Shown here in pieces: positions 39,061-53,558 of a DNA stretch of 64,000 bases. The notes under the pieces were generated by a model. The model worked only from the letters and a program-made list of their open reading frames with translations. It had not been told where the DNA came from and searched no databases. How positions within the stretch are numbered: position 1 is the first letter of the stretch; each line of letters starts with the position of its first letter. This DNA comes from Octopus vulgaris (lineage: Eukaryota), in contig OX597838.1 of NCBI GenBank assembly GCA_951406725.2, forward strand, positions 26,164,001-26,228,000. The letters are read 5' to 3'. Both the position numbers and the translations under genes were made by a program.

Positions 39061-39096
39061 TGCTTTATATCACTTAATTCATAATATATACATATA

Positions 39097-39141
<45 letters not shown>

Positions 39142-39622
39142 ATGTATATGTATATATATGCATAAATATCCATACATACGCATAGATACATACATATATT
39201 CACACACAGGCACATACATATCTGTGTGAAAGAGACAGGGAGAGAAAGAGAGAGGGAGAGAATTAGTGTTGACGTTGGCCTCAAAATTTCTCAAAATACC
39301 GTACCGGTTTCTACATTTTTTCTTTTCAAACGATAAATAACATACAAAAATAAGATTAACGAAGTGAACCTCTTCATTAAATTAAGTTGTTGGTAGTTGT
39401 TTGCCTTCACATAATAGATGTTACAAAGTTGAGACGGTGAAAGTTTCTTTTTGTTATTTTCTACGTACGTATTGACTACATCACTGCCTTCACCAGCTTC
39501 TTTGCCAACTATATTGCAATCATTTGTAATATCCTTGATAGTATCCTGTTCTTTTCAGAAATTGTGAGTCTAAACTCTTCAGAAGTCGCATAGGCACGGA
39601 ATCCCAACCACATATAAGATAA

Positions 39623-40023
39623 TCTCTTTTACTTGTTTCAGTCATTTGACTGCGACCATGCTGGAGCACCGCCTTTAGCCGAGCAAATCGACCCCGGGAT
39701 TTATTATTCTTTGTAAGCCCAGTACTTATTCTATCGGTCTCTTTTGCCGAACCGCTAAGTGACGGGGACGTAAACACACCAGCATCGGTTGTCAAGCAAT
39801 GCTAGGAGGACAAACACAGACACACAAACACACACACTCACACATAAATATACATATATACGACAGGCTTCTTTCTGTTTCCGTCTACCAAATCCACTCA
39901 CAAGGCATTGGTCGGCCCGAGGCTATAGCAGAAGACACTTGCCCAAGATGCCACGCAGTGGGACTGAACCCGGAACCATGTGGTTGGTAAGCAAGCTACT
40001 TACCAGACAGCCACTCCTGCGCC
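39623..40023 (-). mobile_element. SINE family A, full length
   Basis: Near-identical to 14626-15041. Confidence 0.92.
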
Positions 40024-40311
40024 TATCGATAATATTTATTGATCATGATAAAGAGGCTTTGATATATCATAAATTTAGTGACCTTATGAATAACATCATC
40101 GGACTACGCACACCGAATCCATCGTACATAGTCCATGAAGAAAAGTCCATTTTAGATTTAAACAGCACATGGTAAAGCTACTGATGTGTGTAAAGCTTGC
40201 TCATGCTGGAGACTCATATAGCAACATTGAATGAAATATAAATGAATACAATAATATTTTACACGCTCATGTACACTCAGAAATGTTCGACTATATACAT
40301 ATATATGTATG

Positions 40312-40377
<66 letters not shown>

Positions 40378-40867
40378 ATAAGAGTAGATCGTATACGAGT
40401 GGGTATATATTTGTAAAAAAGAAGTTTGAAAATGTTTCGGTTCTTGAAATAACGAACCTTATCAAAAAAAAATTTTTTTATAATAAGGAGTATAATGGAA
40501 CAGTTCATAATTGTTACATACATTCAATAGAGTCCATGCTATATACATTCAATAGAATCCATGTTCTTGAAAAGGCGAAAAATATATTATAAGGAGTATA
40601 ATAGAAAAAATCCATAGTCGTTCCTTACTGTTTTGTCAAGTGTAGTGCAGGAGTTCATTATAGATTTTACCTTGTGTTCCAATTGGAGCAACAGTAGTGA
40701 TTCTTGGTCGTCGTCTGTTGGCGTAACTTTGGTAAACTTCGTGATTGTTGGGTTTATATCAGCTAAGCTGTGGCTGTGAAAGCAGTAGTGGCCGTGGTCT
40801 CTGGCACTGTTCACTGACGTCATATAATTCCAAACCAATCAAAACCAGGCTTCAACGAAGACCTCCA

Positions 40868-41167
40868 ACTGTATCCTGTTTAGGAAACCAACCAAGCAGA
40901 ACGACAAGTTTGACCACGGAAGAAAAACGTCATCAATTTTTTAGCGAATCAAAATCAGATCTGACCCATAATTGTATCCTGTTAAGTGGCTAACCTTGCA
41001 GAACGACTAGTTTGACCACGGAAGAAAAACGTCATCAATTTTTTAACGAATCAGAATCAGACCTGACCCATAACTGTATCTTGTTAGGAAACCAATCAAG
41101 CATGGCGACAAGCTTGACCACTGAGGTAAAACGTCATCAATTTTTTGACGAATCAAAATCAGATCTG
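40868..41167. repeat. Tandem repeat, 3 x 102 bp
   Basis: tgaccac recurs at 40911, 41013 and 41115. Confidence 0.88.
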
Positions 41168-41325
41168 CTCGCAGAGAAAAAAATCTTTTTATAAATTTTT
41201 CCTTCCCTAAGACATACCACTGCCAGCGGGAGTGACTGTTTAAGGATCTGAGAAATTGTAATTGCCCCCACCTCCACTATTTTAATTCTCTCACTGTGGC
41301 CGTAGCAACAGTGACCACGGTGGTT

Positions 41326-41370
<45 letters not shown>

Positions 41371-41461
41371 CTAGTGGGAGCAGTCGTAGTGGTTGTGGTA
41401 GAGTTTCGTTTTTCTTTTTCGGAAGACCAATGTTTTGTTTTAATATTCCCTGGCCCAGGGT

Positions 41462-41614
41462 GTTCAAACTTGGTCTAAATTTTTTGATGAAATAAAGTTC
41501 TTTATTTTGGCGTTGCGTGAAGGTTACGCTGTCACTGAATTTGTAAAGTGGGTAAGTTGTAAATTTCGGATTTTCAGTTGCTGCACATCTATCTATGTGT
41601 CCGCTGACACATAG
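41462..41614 (-). pseudogene. Penelope-like GIY-YIG endonuclease C-terminal fragment
   Basis: VSGHIDRC...PKFTTYPLYKF...RQNKELYFIKKFRPSLN (H...R..KE..FI..F.P.LN ending). Confidence 0.65.
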
Positions 41615-41623
41615 ATAGATGTA

Positions 41624-42330
41624 AATATATTGTGCAGCTCTATCGTCCCTGTTGAGATACTCTATAGGCACAAGAAGACTGCACTTGGAGACAGCATGAT
41701 CAATGGTTTCATTTTGTTGTTGACATACACGATATGTTGGGCAGCTACCGTTCTTTAATATGTTGGCCTGGGAGTTTCTTGTAGGTTGGCATTGATCTTG
41801 GGCTACTATGATAAACCCTTCTGTTTCTGATTTTAAGCCAGAAGCCATTGACCATTGATGGGTAAGGGCTTTGTCAACATCGGCATTGTTAGCTCTCTTT
41901 AGGTGTTAACCACTGAGAGGTTTTTCTTGCCATTTATCAGTAAGAATATGTAAGGCAGCAGTTTTAGCACGGATTTTCATACGCTTAGCTTTTTCTGCGC
42001 TTGTTTCCATTACGTCTAATTTTGGAATTTGTTGTATTTGGAATTCCCTTAGATATTCCTTTGCCAGTTTTGTTACTGAGTATGATGTTTTCTTGTTTTC
42101 ATGTTTTGAGACAAGTTTTAACATCCAGTCATCAGAGTTTTTCAGGTAGGTGTCTGGGCCAATTGTAGCAATCTTCATTGTTAATTCCAGTTGTAAAAGT
42201 CCACAGCCTCCCTCTTTTCTTGGTAGATAAAGTCGTTCTATATCTGTCTTAGGGTGGTGCATTCTATGCATTGTCAACAATTTTCGTATTTTTCTGTCAA
42301 GATTACATATTTCAGTAATTGACCAGTTAG
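41624..42330 (-). pseudogene. R4/Dong-like non-LTR retrotransposon fragment (RT thumb to CCHC finger)
   Basis: LDRKIRKLLTMHRMHHPKTDIERLYLPRKEGG.GL; SGLKSETEGFII.AQDQ; RVC...ETIDH..S.C. Confidence 0.85.
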
Positions 42331-42624
42331 AATTTTTTGCTGGTCGAGTAACCCACCCCACTCATAAGGTCCCTGAATAAGGGTTGATTAAGGATGTTGA
42401 ACGAAACACCCATGTTTCCAGAGGTGAATTATTCAAACCCCAAAGAATCCCTCTCAACACATGGCTATGATGCTCCCCAACTACTGCTCGTGATCAGAGA
42501 TGCACATATCGTCAGTCACTAAGGGTCATGGTCAACTGGTTAAGGTAAAATAACTGACAAGCAAATCTGTGGTATTGAGCAGAATATTTGATGTAGCCCA
42601 TCTTTAATAGCAAGACAAAACAAT

Positions 42625-42699
<75 letters not shown>

Positions 42700-42828
42700 T
42701 CATCATCATCCTCATCCTCATCATCATCATCATTCTTATTATTCGGTTAAGTACAAAACTGTTTCGCTTCACTCCTGCAAACTCATCACTGATCTCTGAA
42801 GCATCTGTTCAGTTTTCAAACACTCTTT

Positions 42829-42988
<160 letters not shown>

Positions 42989-43147
42989 GCGCGTACGCAC
43001 GTGAATATGTGTATCTATATTTTGAATGTATTTATGTATATATATGTGTATGTATATATGTATATATGCTGCATTCAACAATTCTTGTTTTTATTTAGTA
43101 TTCATTCTTGTATTCTGTATTTGTTTGTGCTTGTTAAAATCATTATT

Positions 43148-43211
<64 letters not shown>

Positions 43212-43484
43212 TTGTTTGCTTATTTATTGTTATCTCCGATGGCAATCCCAGCGTTGTCTGATTTGAAAATGTTTAGTAAACAAAGAATTACATTCATGCA
43301 TACATTCAGACACATGTGTATATATGTGCGTGTGTGTGTGTACGTACATATGTGTGTGTGTATGTATGTATGTATATACATACATATATATTTAAAATCA
43401 TACTTGTACATATATGCATACATGTATGTGCCTATATTTAAATAATACACATCGCACACATTCACACACTCATATGCATGCATC

Positions 43485-43535
<51 letters not shown>

Positions 43536-43604
43536 TTATATATATGGATATATATATATATATAAGTATATATAGACAAAAAGACAATGATATGCATATA
43601 TAAA

Positions 43605-43670
<66 letters not shown>

Positions 43671-43687
43671 TATATACATATATATAT

Positions 43688-43740
<53 letters not shown>

Positions 43741-43813
43741 CACATACATATATATATGCATATATCTATCCATCCCTCTTCCTTCCTCTCTCCTTCTCTC
43801 TCTCCCTCTCTCC

Positions 43814-43872
<59 letters not shown>

Positions 43873-44463
43873 CATACAAACGTATCTTAATATTTTGAAT
43901 GCAATAACATTATTTATTACATGAATGAAAGGTGTGACGACTTCGGGTACAAAAAATGTTTGTTCTAACTTTAATGTTTAGTCAACATACCAGTTGTGTG
44001 TAATCACATATATTGGATCTTATTTGTAACACTTCAGATCAATTAAACGCCTATTATATATACTTAGTTTATACAGCACAGCTGACTCGAATAGCTACCT
44101 TGTTCTATTTGGACCCACGACATTTCAGCTGTCACCATCCAGTAATTTTCTTCTAATAAGGCTACATTATCATAAAATTGCTTATTAATTAGTTTGGAGT
44201 GTGCAATTTTTACGAAAAGAAAGCAGTTTTAAAGTCTACACTCTCTAGGAAATTCTTATAAATTCCCCGTGCTGAAATGGATTGTCACCACATACGCTAG
44301 GTAACCCATTGCTGGGACCCTAACAAGTTCTACTACTTCGTGTCAGTGTTGGCTTGGGAACGATAATGGCTAAGAAGTTACTACACAGCTCTGAACGCCC
44401 TGGAACTCCCAAAGTAGAGAGCCTTCACCGTATGTATACCCAGGACATACATACAGGTAGGCT

Positions 44464-44615
44464 CAGGCGTGGGTGTGTGGTAAGAAGTTTGCTTTCAACC
44501 TCAAGGTCCTGGGTTCAGTCCCACTGAGTGGCACGTTGGCAGTTGTCTTCTACTATAACCTCGGACCGATCATGGCGTTGGATTTGATTGACGGAAACTG
44601 AAAGAATCCCATCGT
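44464..44615 (+). mobile_element. SINE family A 5' part
   Basis: caggcgtgggtgtgtggtaagaag...gggttcagtcccactg. Confidence 0.75.
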
Positions 44616-44925
44616 GTATGTGTGTTTAAAATTAACGTATTGAAAGGAGACTTTAAGGGGTGGTATTCAAAGCTTGTTTGCATACGTCTCTCGTAGTGTA
44701 CCTCGAGAGCACGTTCACCACTCACTGCTACCAGGAGTCATCCCCGCTACTTCACTTTCGTCGCAGGATCTGTGTAAGCAATTCCTCGGTGCACGTCTTG
44801 TATATTTTAAATGATTGATACGGAAGACAGACAGTATTGGAAGCTCAAAAAGCTATAAAGCTTCCACTACACACTGCTTTTCGTATATGTATATATGTAA
44901 ATGTATATATTATACATACATAGTT

Positions 44926-45245
44926 GCAGGAGTGGCTGTGTGGTAAGTAGCTTGCTTACCAACCACATGGTTCTGGGTTCAGTCCCACTGCATGGCACCC
45001 TGGGTAATTGTCTCGTACTATAGCCTCAGGCCAACTAAAGCCTTGTGAGTGGATATGGTAGACGGAAACTGAAAGAAACCCGTCATGCTGGTGTGTTTAC
45101 GAGTCCGTGATACAGCGGTTCGGCAAAAGATACCAAAAGAATAAGTACTAGGCTTACAAAGAGTAAATCCTGGGGTCGATTTGCTCCACTAAAGGTGGTG
45201 CTCCAGCATGGCCGCAGTCAAATAACTGAAACAAGTAAAAGAATA
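44926..45245 (+). mobile_element. SINE family A lacking the internal microsatellite
   Basis: Head and tail intact; aaacccgtc joined directly to atgctggtgtgtttac. Confidence 0.88.
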
Positions 45246-45935
45246 TAAGAATATACACATACATAAATACATGCACATACATACATGCATACATGCATAA
45301 ATATATACATACATACATGCAAACACACATGCATACATAAATACATGCATACATACATGCATACATACATGCATGCATATATACATACACACATGCATGC
45401 ATGTATTCATAGATGCATACATACATGCATACATGCATGCATGCATACACACATACATACATGCATACACACACGCACGCATACATGCATACCTACATAT
45501 ACACACGCACGCATACATACATACACGCACACATACATGCATACATACATACATGGAGCAAAGTATGGCTGAAGTTGGAATCTTGGGAAGAGAATACAAA
45601 TCCTTAATTCATACGCTACAGATGATCACGATATCCTGTGACTATAAAAATCTGCAAGAATTTCTTAAGATTTAAAGGATGACGGTTCAATCCTGATGCT
45701 TTCCTTCACAAGTGGCCACTCAAAATTTATTTCAAATTAAAAAGAGAAAGAGAATGTATGTATGTACGTACGTATGTATGTATGTATGTATGTATGTATG
45801 TATGTATGTATGTATGTATGTATGTATGTATGTATGTATGTATGTATGTATGGTATGGTAGGTAGGTAGGTATGTATGTATGTATGTATGTATGTATGTA
45901 TGTATGTATGTATGTATGTATGTAGGTATGTACGT

Positions 45936-46280
45936 ATGTAACAGACCGTGCCTGTCTTTGGTTGGCCTCAAATCTTATCTGCGAACGCACGGAAAACGAA
46001 CTTCCACCAACTATTCTGACTATATGTCTGTGCACACCTTTGAATGCTGTGTATGCCCAATGGGTTGCAAATCCAACGGAGGCCTCAAAAGACATGATAA
46101 GATCCACAAAGAGCAGAACTTATCTGCAGCTCTTGGTGGTCCAAATCAGAGGTGCAATCTATGTGAGTGTCTTTCCAGAACATTGTCTGGTTTAAAAACC
46201 CCACATCGGACGCCATATTGGTGCTAAGGTGTAGGTACAGGAAGTGGTCAAACTCGATATAAAGTGTAGACAACCACCAT
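45936..46280 (+). pseudogene. Three degenerate C2H2-like fingers, probably the 3' end of an RTE-like LINE
   Basis: CNRPCLSLVGLKSYLRTH / CCVCPMGCKSNGGLKRHDKIH / CNLCECLSRTLSGLK; no TGEKP linkers; ends in (ATGT)n. Confidence 0.55.
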
Positions 46281-46529
46281 GTATGTATGTATGAGTGCAT
46301 GCGTGCGTGTGTGCATGTATGTATATATGTATGTATGCATACAAAAATACCCTGTTATTGATGTTGAATTTCCAGTGAAGGAGCCCTGTGTCTAGGTTAG
46401 AAACCGGCTCTTTATTGGCAAGTAATCTTGAAAAAAAGCTGAATAATGGCATGCATACATACGTACATCCATCCATCCATCCATCCATACATACATACAT
46501 ACATACATACATAAATACATACATACATA

Positions 46530-47016
46530 CCGTAAATCCTCGAGTATAATCCGCATTTTCCCCCAAAATTTAAAGGTCAAAATCCCTAGTGCGTACTATA
46601 TACGAGGTTTAAAATAAAAATTATTTTCTAAGCAATGTCCGAGTCTCTATTTGCTGTCCGGCAATGTTTATTCAGACACATTGTGTGATGTCGGGCGCGA
46701 AAATACCCTAAGCTAAGCCTGAAAGCAACGAAGTCATAAAAGAATCATCCATAACTTGCAATAAGCAACATTTATTAAATGTTATTACTGTTATTTCTTT
46801 ATTTTCTGCAAACAAAATGCACAAAAAATCTACACTTTTGCATTGTTATATATACAATAATAATAAAGGACGTTACAATATACATTCTTACAAACCAAGG
46901 ACGTTATATAGACCTCCTTGACTCAAGTTAGAGAAGGGGTGCGTATTATACATACAGCCTCCTAAAAATCCCCTGCGTATTATACTCAAGGGCGAACTAT
47001 ACTCGAGGATTTACGG
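46530..47016. mobile_element. Tc1/mariner-pogo-type MITE
   Basis: 19-bp TIR ccgtaaatcctcgagtata / tatactcgaggatttacgg; TA TSD within (TACA)n. Confidence 0.88.
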
Positions 47017-47622
47017 TACATACATACATACATACAACCACCAAGTTGATATTATTTAATTTCCAATGAAAGATCCTGGTTTCTGGATTGGAGACTAAAT
47101 CTTTCTCCTTCGTTATTTGCGATCCATACTTTTAGCAGCAACGCTTTCTTAACGAAAACAAACGAAAACTAACGGAAACTAACGAAAAACTAGCGTAAAC
47201 AAAGATATGGAAAAAAATAGCTTAAAGATTTTGTTTACCATTTACCTGAAATTTGCACCTGCCCCACTCTGCAACATCACCACACCTCTGTGTTGTTGTT
47301 GTTGTTGTTTTTATATATATTATTATATATAGTTTTTAGCTATAATTTTTTTTTATGTAATTATTTATTTTTTGAAATATTTACTTCGTTATTTGTTCTG
47401 TTAACCTAAAATGCAGACCTGTTTGGAAGACAGCCCAAACATTTGCATAAATATATGTGTGAATGTGTGTGTGTGTATGTGTGTGTGCGTGTGTGTAAAG
47501 TACAACATGGATAGTATATCGCTCTTATATATACTTGAACGTGTATATACATACATACACATGCGTGCACACACACAAACACACACAAACACAAACATAT
47601 ACTAATGTACGCGTGTATACAC

Positions 47623-47659
<37 letters not shown>

Positions 47660-47724
47660 TACATATATATTTATATTTATATTTATATATATACATACAT
47701 CTTATATACGTGTATGTGTGTATG

Positions 47725-47768
<44 letters not shown>

Positions 47769-47974
47769 TAGAACGAGAAAATATTTTACCCAATTTCGCC
47801 TAAGTTTCACTTCTCACCCTTCACATCTACATATAGGCATACATACATATACAATAACATGCATAAACCTATGTGCATATATACATACACATACATACAC
47901 ACATACATATATATATATATATACACGTACATACATATATATGTACATATATATGTACATATGTATATATATAC

Positions 47975-48017
<43 letters not shown>

Positions 48018-48112
48018 ATGTATGTATATATATACACATATGTACACACGCACGCACACACGCACATATATAGGTATGTATGTTTATATGTACAAACATA
48101 AGTTTCTATGCT

Positions 48113-48165
<53 letters not shown>

Positions 48166-48604
48166 ATATACATCCACGCATATACATACATACACACACA
48201 CACACACACACCTATCCTTGCCGTCTATTTTACATGATGAGTTTATGGTAGACTAAACACCAAACCTGTTGAAGAACGTAGTGCTTTGTGGGTAATTAAA
48301 CGTGAACGGCAAATGGCTTAATTGCGCTTCAACTTTTTTCTTTTCTTTTGTTATATAGAAAAACTGGATTATTTTGAGTAGAACCACAATCATTCTAGGT
48401 TATAGCGAAAAGTAGGAATGGGATGCTGTGATGTTTGTGCCTTTCGGCAAATGATTCGATAGTGGAAAGGTGATTATTATTATTATTTACGGTGAACTGG
48501 CAGACTCGTTAGCACGCTCAAAATGCTGAAACCAATCAATATTAACCATTGCCGTTGTCAAAACCGTCGACATTGCTAGCATCGTGCCAAAATTTGAAGC
48601 CGAT

Positions 48605-49140
48605 ATTATCCCCAGAACCCCGATGGTCATAGGTACAGTTTTGTTCTTAGATGCCATAATTTGAGACTTCTATTTCAAGGCCTTTTATCTACTTAACTTT
48701 CCAAATATTTTTCACAGAGATCTTCTGAGATTGTCATATCTACGAGCGAACATGCTTTGTCAATGTGAATTTTCACCGCAATATCTGGTCTATAAGTCTG
48801 AATAACTCGACCAGTTTGAATACTAAAATCGCAAAGAACTGTGACATCTTTATTTTCAACTTATGTTCCAACCAATTCTCATATGGGAATCCAGACTTAT
48901 GGCATATGATCTAGTTCAAATACTGACCAAACCTTTCATGGCCTTTAGCAGATTCATTTCAGGCGGTTAATTGTATCTCTGGTTGTTCCGCAAAAGCAGC
49001 CGGTATGATCAGCACCATTTTTAAGAATGTTGGCTTGGTGATATCTAGCGTTCAGACATTGATCCTTATCTGCGGAAATGAAGGCCTCTGTTTCTATATA
49101 TTATCCATCAATGGATAATATTTAGATGACGACTAGAAAT
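48605..49140 (-). pseudogene. R4/Dong-like endonuclease remnant
   Basis: IQTYRPDIAV...CSLVDMTI...LEIEVS..WHLRTK..PMTIG (with frameshifts). Confidence 0.6.
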
Positions 49141-49259
49141 ACTGAGACAAAACGAATGGTTTATATATACATACAAAAATATACATAAACATATATATAA
49201 CACGTACATATGTATATATATATATAACATGTACGTATATATATATATATGTATGTGTG

Positions 49260-49289
<30 letters not shown>

Positions 49290-49292
<3 letters not shown>

Positions 49293-49470
49293 TCTCCCAT
49301 CGCTTGACAACCGATGTGTGTTTACCTGCCCGTTACTTAGGGGTTCGGCAAAAGAGACCGCTAGAATAAGTGCTAGGCTTACAAAGAATAAGTCCTAGGG
49401 TACATTTGTTCGACTAAAGGTGGGGATACCAGCATGGCCGCAGTCAAATGACAAAAACAAATAAAAGAGT
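49290..49470 (+). mobile_element. SINE family A 3' half
   Basis: catcgcttgacaaccgatg...cagcatggccgcagtcaaatgac. Confidence 0.8.
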
Positions 49471-49509
49471 ATATATATATATACACACGTATATATTATA
49501 TATATAAAT

Positions 49510-49540
<31 letters not shown>

Positions 49541-49857
49541 CGTACAAACGTATAAGCATGTGGATGTGAGTGTGTTATGAAACGTATGATCACACATTTC
49601 AATAAAGTACTATATCCCCTTCAGTGCAATATACTCACCATGAGGTGAGGATTATCTGGAATTCCATCAGCGCAGCTACTAATTACAATCTAATATAGAC
49701 ATAAAACAATTAATGAAATCCTCTGATAAGATCATTGATCATAAATAGTAAGAGATTTCCTCTCTTTAATCGATAAATACTTCCATAACAGCCAGCGGTT
49801 TCCGTTAGTTGTTCAACAGAAACATCGGAAGAAAAAGAAATAGTTTCAGATTCATTA

Positions 49858-49888
<31 letters not shown>

Positions 49889-50138
49889 TGTATTGATGGA
49901 TGGATGGATGGATGTGTGTGTATGTATGTAGGTATGTATGTATGTGTGTGTGTATGTATGTATGTATGGATGGATGGATGGATGGATGGATGTGTGTGTA
50001 TGTATGTATGTATGTATGTATGTATGTATGTATGTGTGTGTATGTATGTATGTGTGTGCATGTGTGTAGGTATGGATGTATGTATGTAGGTGTGTATGTG
50101 TGTATGTATGTATATATGTGTGTGTATGTATGTACGTA

Positions 50139-50179
<41 letters not shown>

Positions 50180-50192
50180 GCGCACACACACG

Positions 50193-50239
<47 letters not shown>

Positions 50240-50497
50240 GCATGCATATAAAAATGTGCAAAATGAACAGATGAGATGGAGAGAATCCCAATATAGAAAA
50301 CAATTAGTAGTGCTCAAATGATTTGAACTTACACTCCAGTATCTTCACCGAGGGCCAAGCCAGCAGGGTATTGAATGGCTGTAAGTGGGCAGATATGGAG
50401 ACATTGATTCAAATAAACAAATGAAACCTTGGGTTTTAATACATAAATTATATATACATGCATACATGTGCAAAGAGATACTAGGCATAGAATTTTC

Positions 50498-50565
<68 letters not shown>

Positions 50566-50566
<1 letters not shown>

Positions 50567-50722
50567 CCTCCGTTTTCCCTTTCTTGGATCTTTCCTTTTC
50601 CTATGTTTCTGACGAAGAGCTCCGCTCGAAACGTTAAATCCTCATTCTTCCTTTCCTTCCTGAGCGTCCAAAAACACTATACTTGTTCCACGTCCTCGCG
50701 TTGTTGTATTTTCTCTTTGTGT
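50566..50722 (+). mobile_element. Family F1 copy with hammerhead motif at 50605-50639
   Basis: gttt CTGACGA A GAGC tcc GCTC GAAA CG TT aaat; flanked by (TA)n on both sides. Confidence 0.65.
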
Positions 50723-50748
50723 TTTCATGTTTGGATTAACTTCATATA

Positions 50749-50832
<84 letters not shown>

Positions 50833-50836
50833 CCCG

Positions 50837-50941
<105 letters not shown>

Positions 50942-51061
50942 CATACATATATATAGGGGAGAATTCACAAAAAACAAAAGACGAAGACAGGTGGTGTAGA
51001 CAACAAACCGATGTATTAGTATAACGCTTGGGAAGTGAAAAAGTCTTTAACGTTTCGAGCT

Positions 51062-51125
<64 letters not shown>

Positions 51126-51699
51126 TGTATATATATAAAATATTATTATATATTGATTATTCATTTTTATACTTTTTGAGATCTAGTTATGTGTTTTATA
51201 AAAAATATATTTTATTTGTAATTTATGTTTTGGTTTTTGTCTATCATTGTTTGAGTTGCATAATAGTGTTTTTATCTCTAATTTATACCTATATATATAT
51301 GTATATATATATAAATATATCTGAGCGAGACGAACATTGTTGCTGCATTGAGTCACGAGAATGACAGACGTCTCATTTTTACTCAGGCGTGTCAACGCTG
51401 TGCACCCGATTCGGGTGAGAGATTACTTGCGCATGTGTACAATCAGAACTTTCTGGGTAGTTTTGTAAGTTGTACGCCCCCACATTATAGTGCGTGTGTG
51501 TTCGTGTGACTGCGTGCGTTTGTGTGTGTGTGTGTGCGTGTGTGTATTTACGTGTGAGTGCATGCGTTTGTGTGTGTGTGTGTGTGTGTGTATTTACGTG
51601 TGAGTGCTTGTGTAAATACGTGTGCAAGTTTAATGTTATTTAGTGATAATGGTGATTTTTAGCTAATGGAGGTTTTTCGATTTATGTTTGGTTCTTGCG

Positions 51700-52215
51700 C
51701 TGATGTGGTGTGTTCGTGCGTGCATACATGAATGTGTGTGCGTCTATGTATCTGTCTGTCTGTGTGCGTTTGTGCGTGTGTGTGTGTACATGTGTGTGCA
51801 TGCATGTGTGTGTCTGTATGTCTGTGTGCGTTTGTACGTGTGTGTGTGTACATGTGTGTGCATGCATGTGTGTGTGCGTTTGTATATGTGCGTTTGTGCG
51901 TGTGTGTGTGTGTGTGTGTGCATGCATGTGTGTGTGCGTTTGTATGTGTGCGTTTGTGCGTGTGTGTGTGTGTGTGTGCATGCATGTGTGTGTGTCTGTC
52001 TGTGTGCGTGTGTGTGTACATGTGTGTGCATGCATGTATGTATCTGTCTGTCTGTTTGCGTTTGTGCGTGTGTGTGTCTGTCTGTGTGCGTTTGTGCGTG
52101 TGTGTGTGTGTGTGTGTACATGTGTGTGCATGCATGTGTGTTTGTCTGTATGTCTGTGTTCGTTTGTGCGTGTGTATGTGCGTGCATGTGTGTGCCACAG
52201 TGTGTGTCTGCGCGT
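51700..52215. repeat. Higher-order minisatellite (about 55-60 bp) built from (GT)n units
   Basis: Repeated gtgtacatgtgtgtgcatgcatgtgtg...gtgcgtttgtgc. Confidence 0.8.
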
Positions 52216-52796
52216 GCGGCTTTTCAATTAAGTTTAGTTTCATTCACACGCGCAGTATTTCGTACAAAACAACAACAACAACAACATTGTAAATGCTGTC
52301 AATATAATTGATACCTGCTATTAAAACAAACACGTTACCGAATCAGCGTATTTAAACAAGCATGAAAGCTTTAGAGTAGAAACTGCATTAGAATCTCCTG
52401 TAATTGTAAACTGAAAACTAAATGTAAATTTATCAAATTTTTCAGTATTTCTAAGGTTTCAGTTACAGGTCTTTCAAAAGGGAGAGATTTAACAGAACAG
52501 TGACATTGTTCTGGCAGTCTCTACGATCGTATGTGTGTATCTTGGCTTCCCTATTGTTTTATTTATTTCGTGAAGCCTTTTTTCTCTTTACTCTCCGATT
52601 AAGTCATCCAACTTTTGTGGGAAGTGATTCAAAAGACTGTAGGTGTGATGTAATGGCGTTGATGCCCATCTTATAGCGAAGCTTGTTAAAATTAACTGTG
52701 AGTAGTTGTCTGCTAATATGGCGGCCAAGAAAGCTTTCGACAACTAGAACAAGCCATGCACATGACTCGGCGTCATACATTGAATGAATGAGGTGT

Positions 52797-53024
52797 GCGA
52801 GCTGGCAGAATCGTTAAGCACGCCGGGCGAAATGCGTAGCCGTATTTCGTCTGCCGTTACGTTCTGAGTTCAAATTCCGCCGAGGTCGACTTTGCTTTTC
52901 ATCCTTTCGGGGTCGATAACTTAAGTACCAGTTACGCACTGGGGTCGATGTAATCGACTTAATCCGTTTGTCTGTCCTTGATTGTCCCCTCTGTGTTTAG
53001 CCCCTTGTGGGTAGTAAAGAAATA
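52797..53024 (+). mobile_element. SINE family B monomer with 11-bp TSD
   Basis: TSD gaatgaggtgt at 52786-52796 and 53025-53035. Confidence 0.92.
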
Positions 53025-53558
53025 GAATGAGGTGTACTTCTTGTAAAGTGAGAGTGCATGGCTTAGCCGTCAGGCCGTGTCCTTCGCGATCGCGAGATCG
53101 CGGTTTCGGTTCCGTCACCGAGTGGAGCGTTGGAATCTAGAGTGAGCTATTTCAAGTTGCTTTGCGATTTTTTCGACACCTAACTTGTGATACATCATGC
53201 GCTTGTTACAAGCGATGTTGATTTGATAGAGGCAGTCAGCTAATATATACAGTGCATGTATTTGATCACTATAAACAAATCCTCTGTGCAAAACGTTGAA
53301 CAAGAAATTGCAGAACTCTCATCTATCGTCTACGACAGGAGAATCCACAGAAAATTCTTCTATAACAAATCCTGATTCATGGTTTTCCGAGCTCAGTTCA
53401 GGGAATTTATTGCATAGAGGTTTGCGATTTAATGTATCGTGGATTTAGTTGTAATATTTTCATGATTGCAATATTGTTGTTATTGTTTGTTTATGAAGAT
53501 TAGCAGCTCATTAATTGATTAGAGCTGATAAGATAAAACTGATGCCCGTTTTGGAATT

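Noticed and set aside
39297-39335. TTGAAAA...GAAACCGGTA on the minus strand
   Set aside because: Stem II absent; at most a decayed relic.
40587-40838. 83-aa complex-sequence ORF
   Set aside because: No recognisable domain or splice support; left unassigned.
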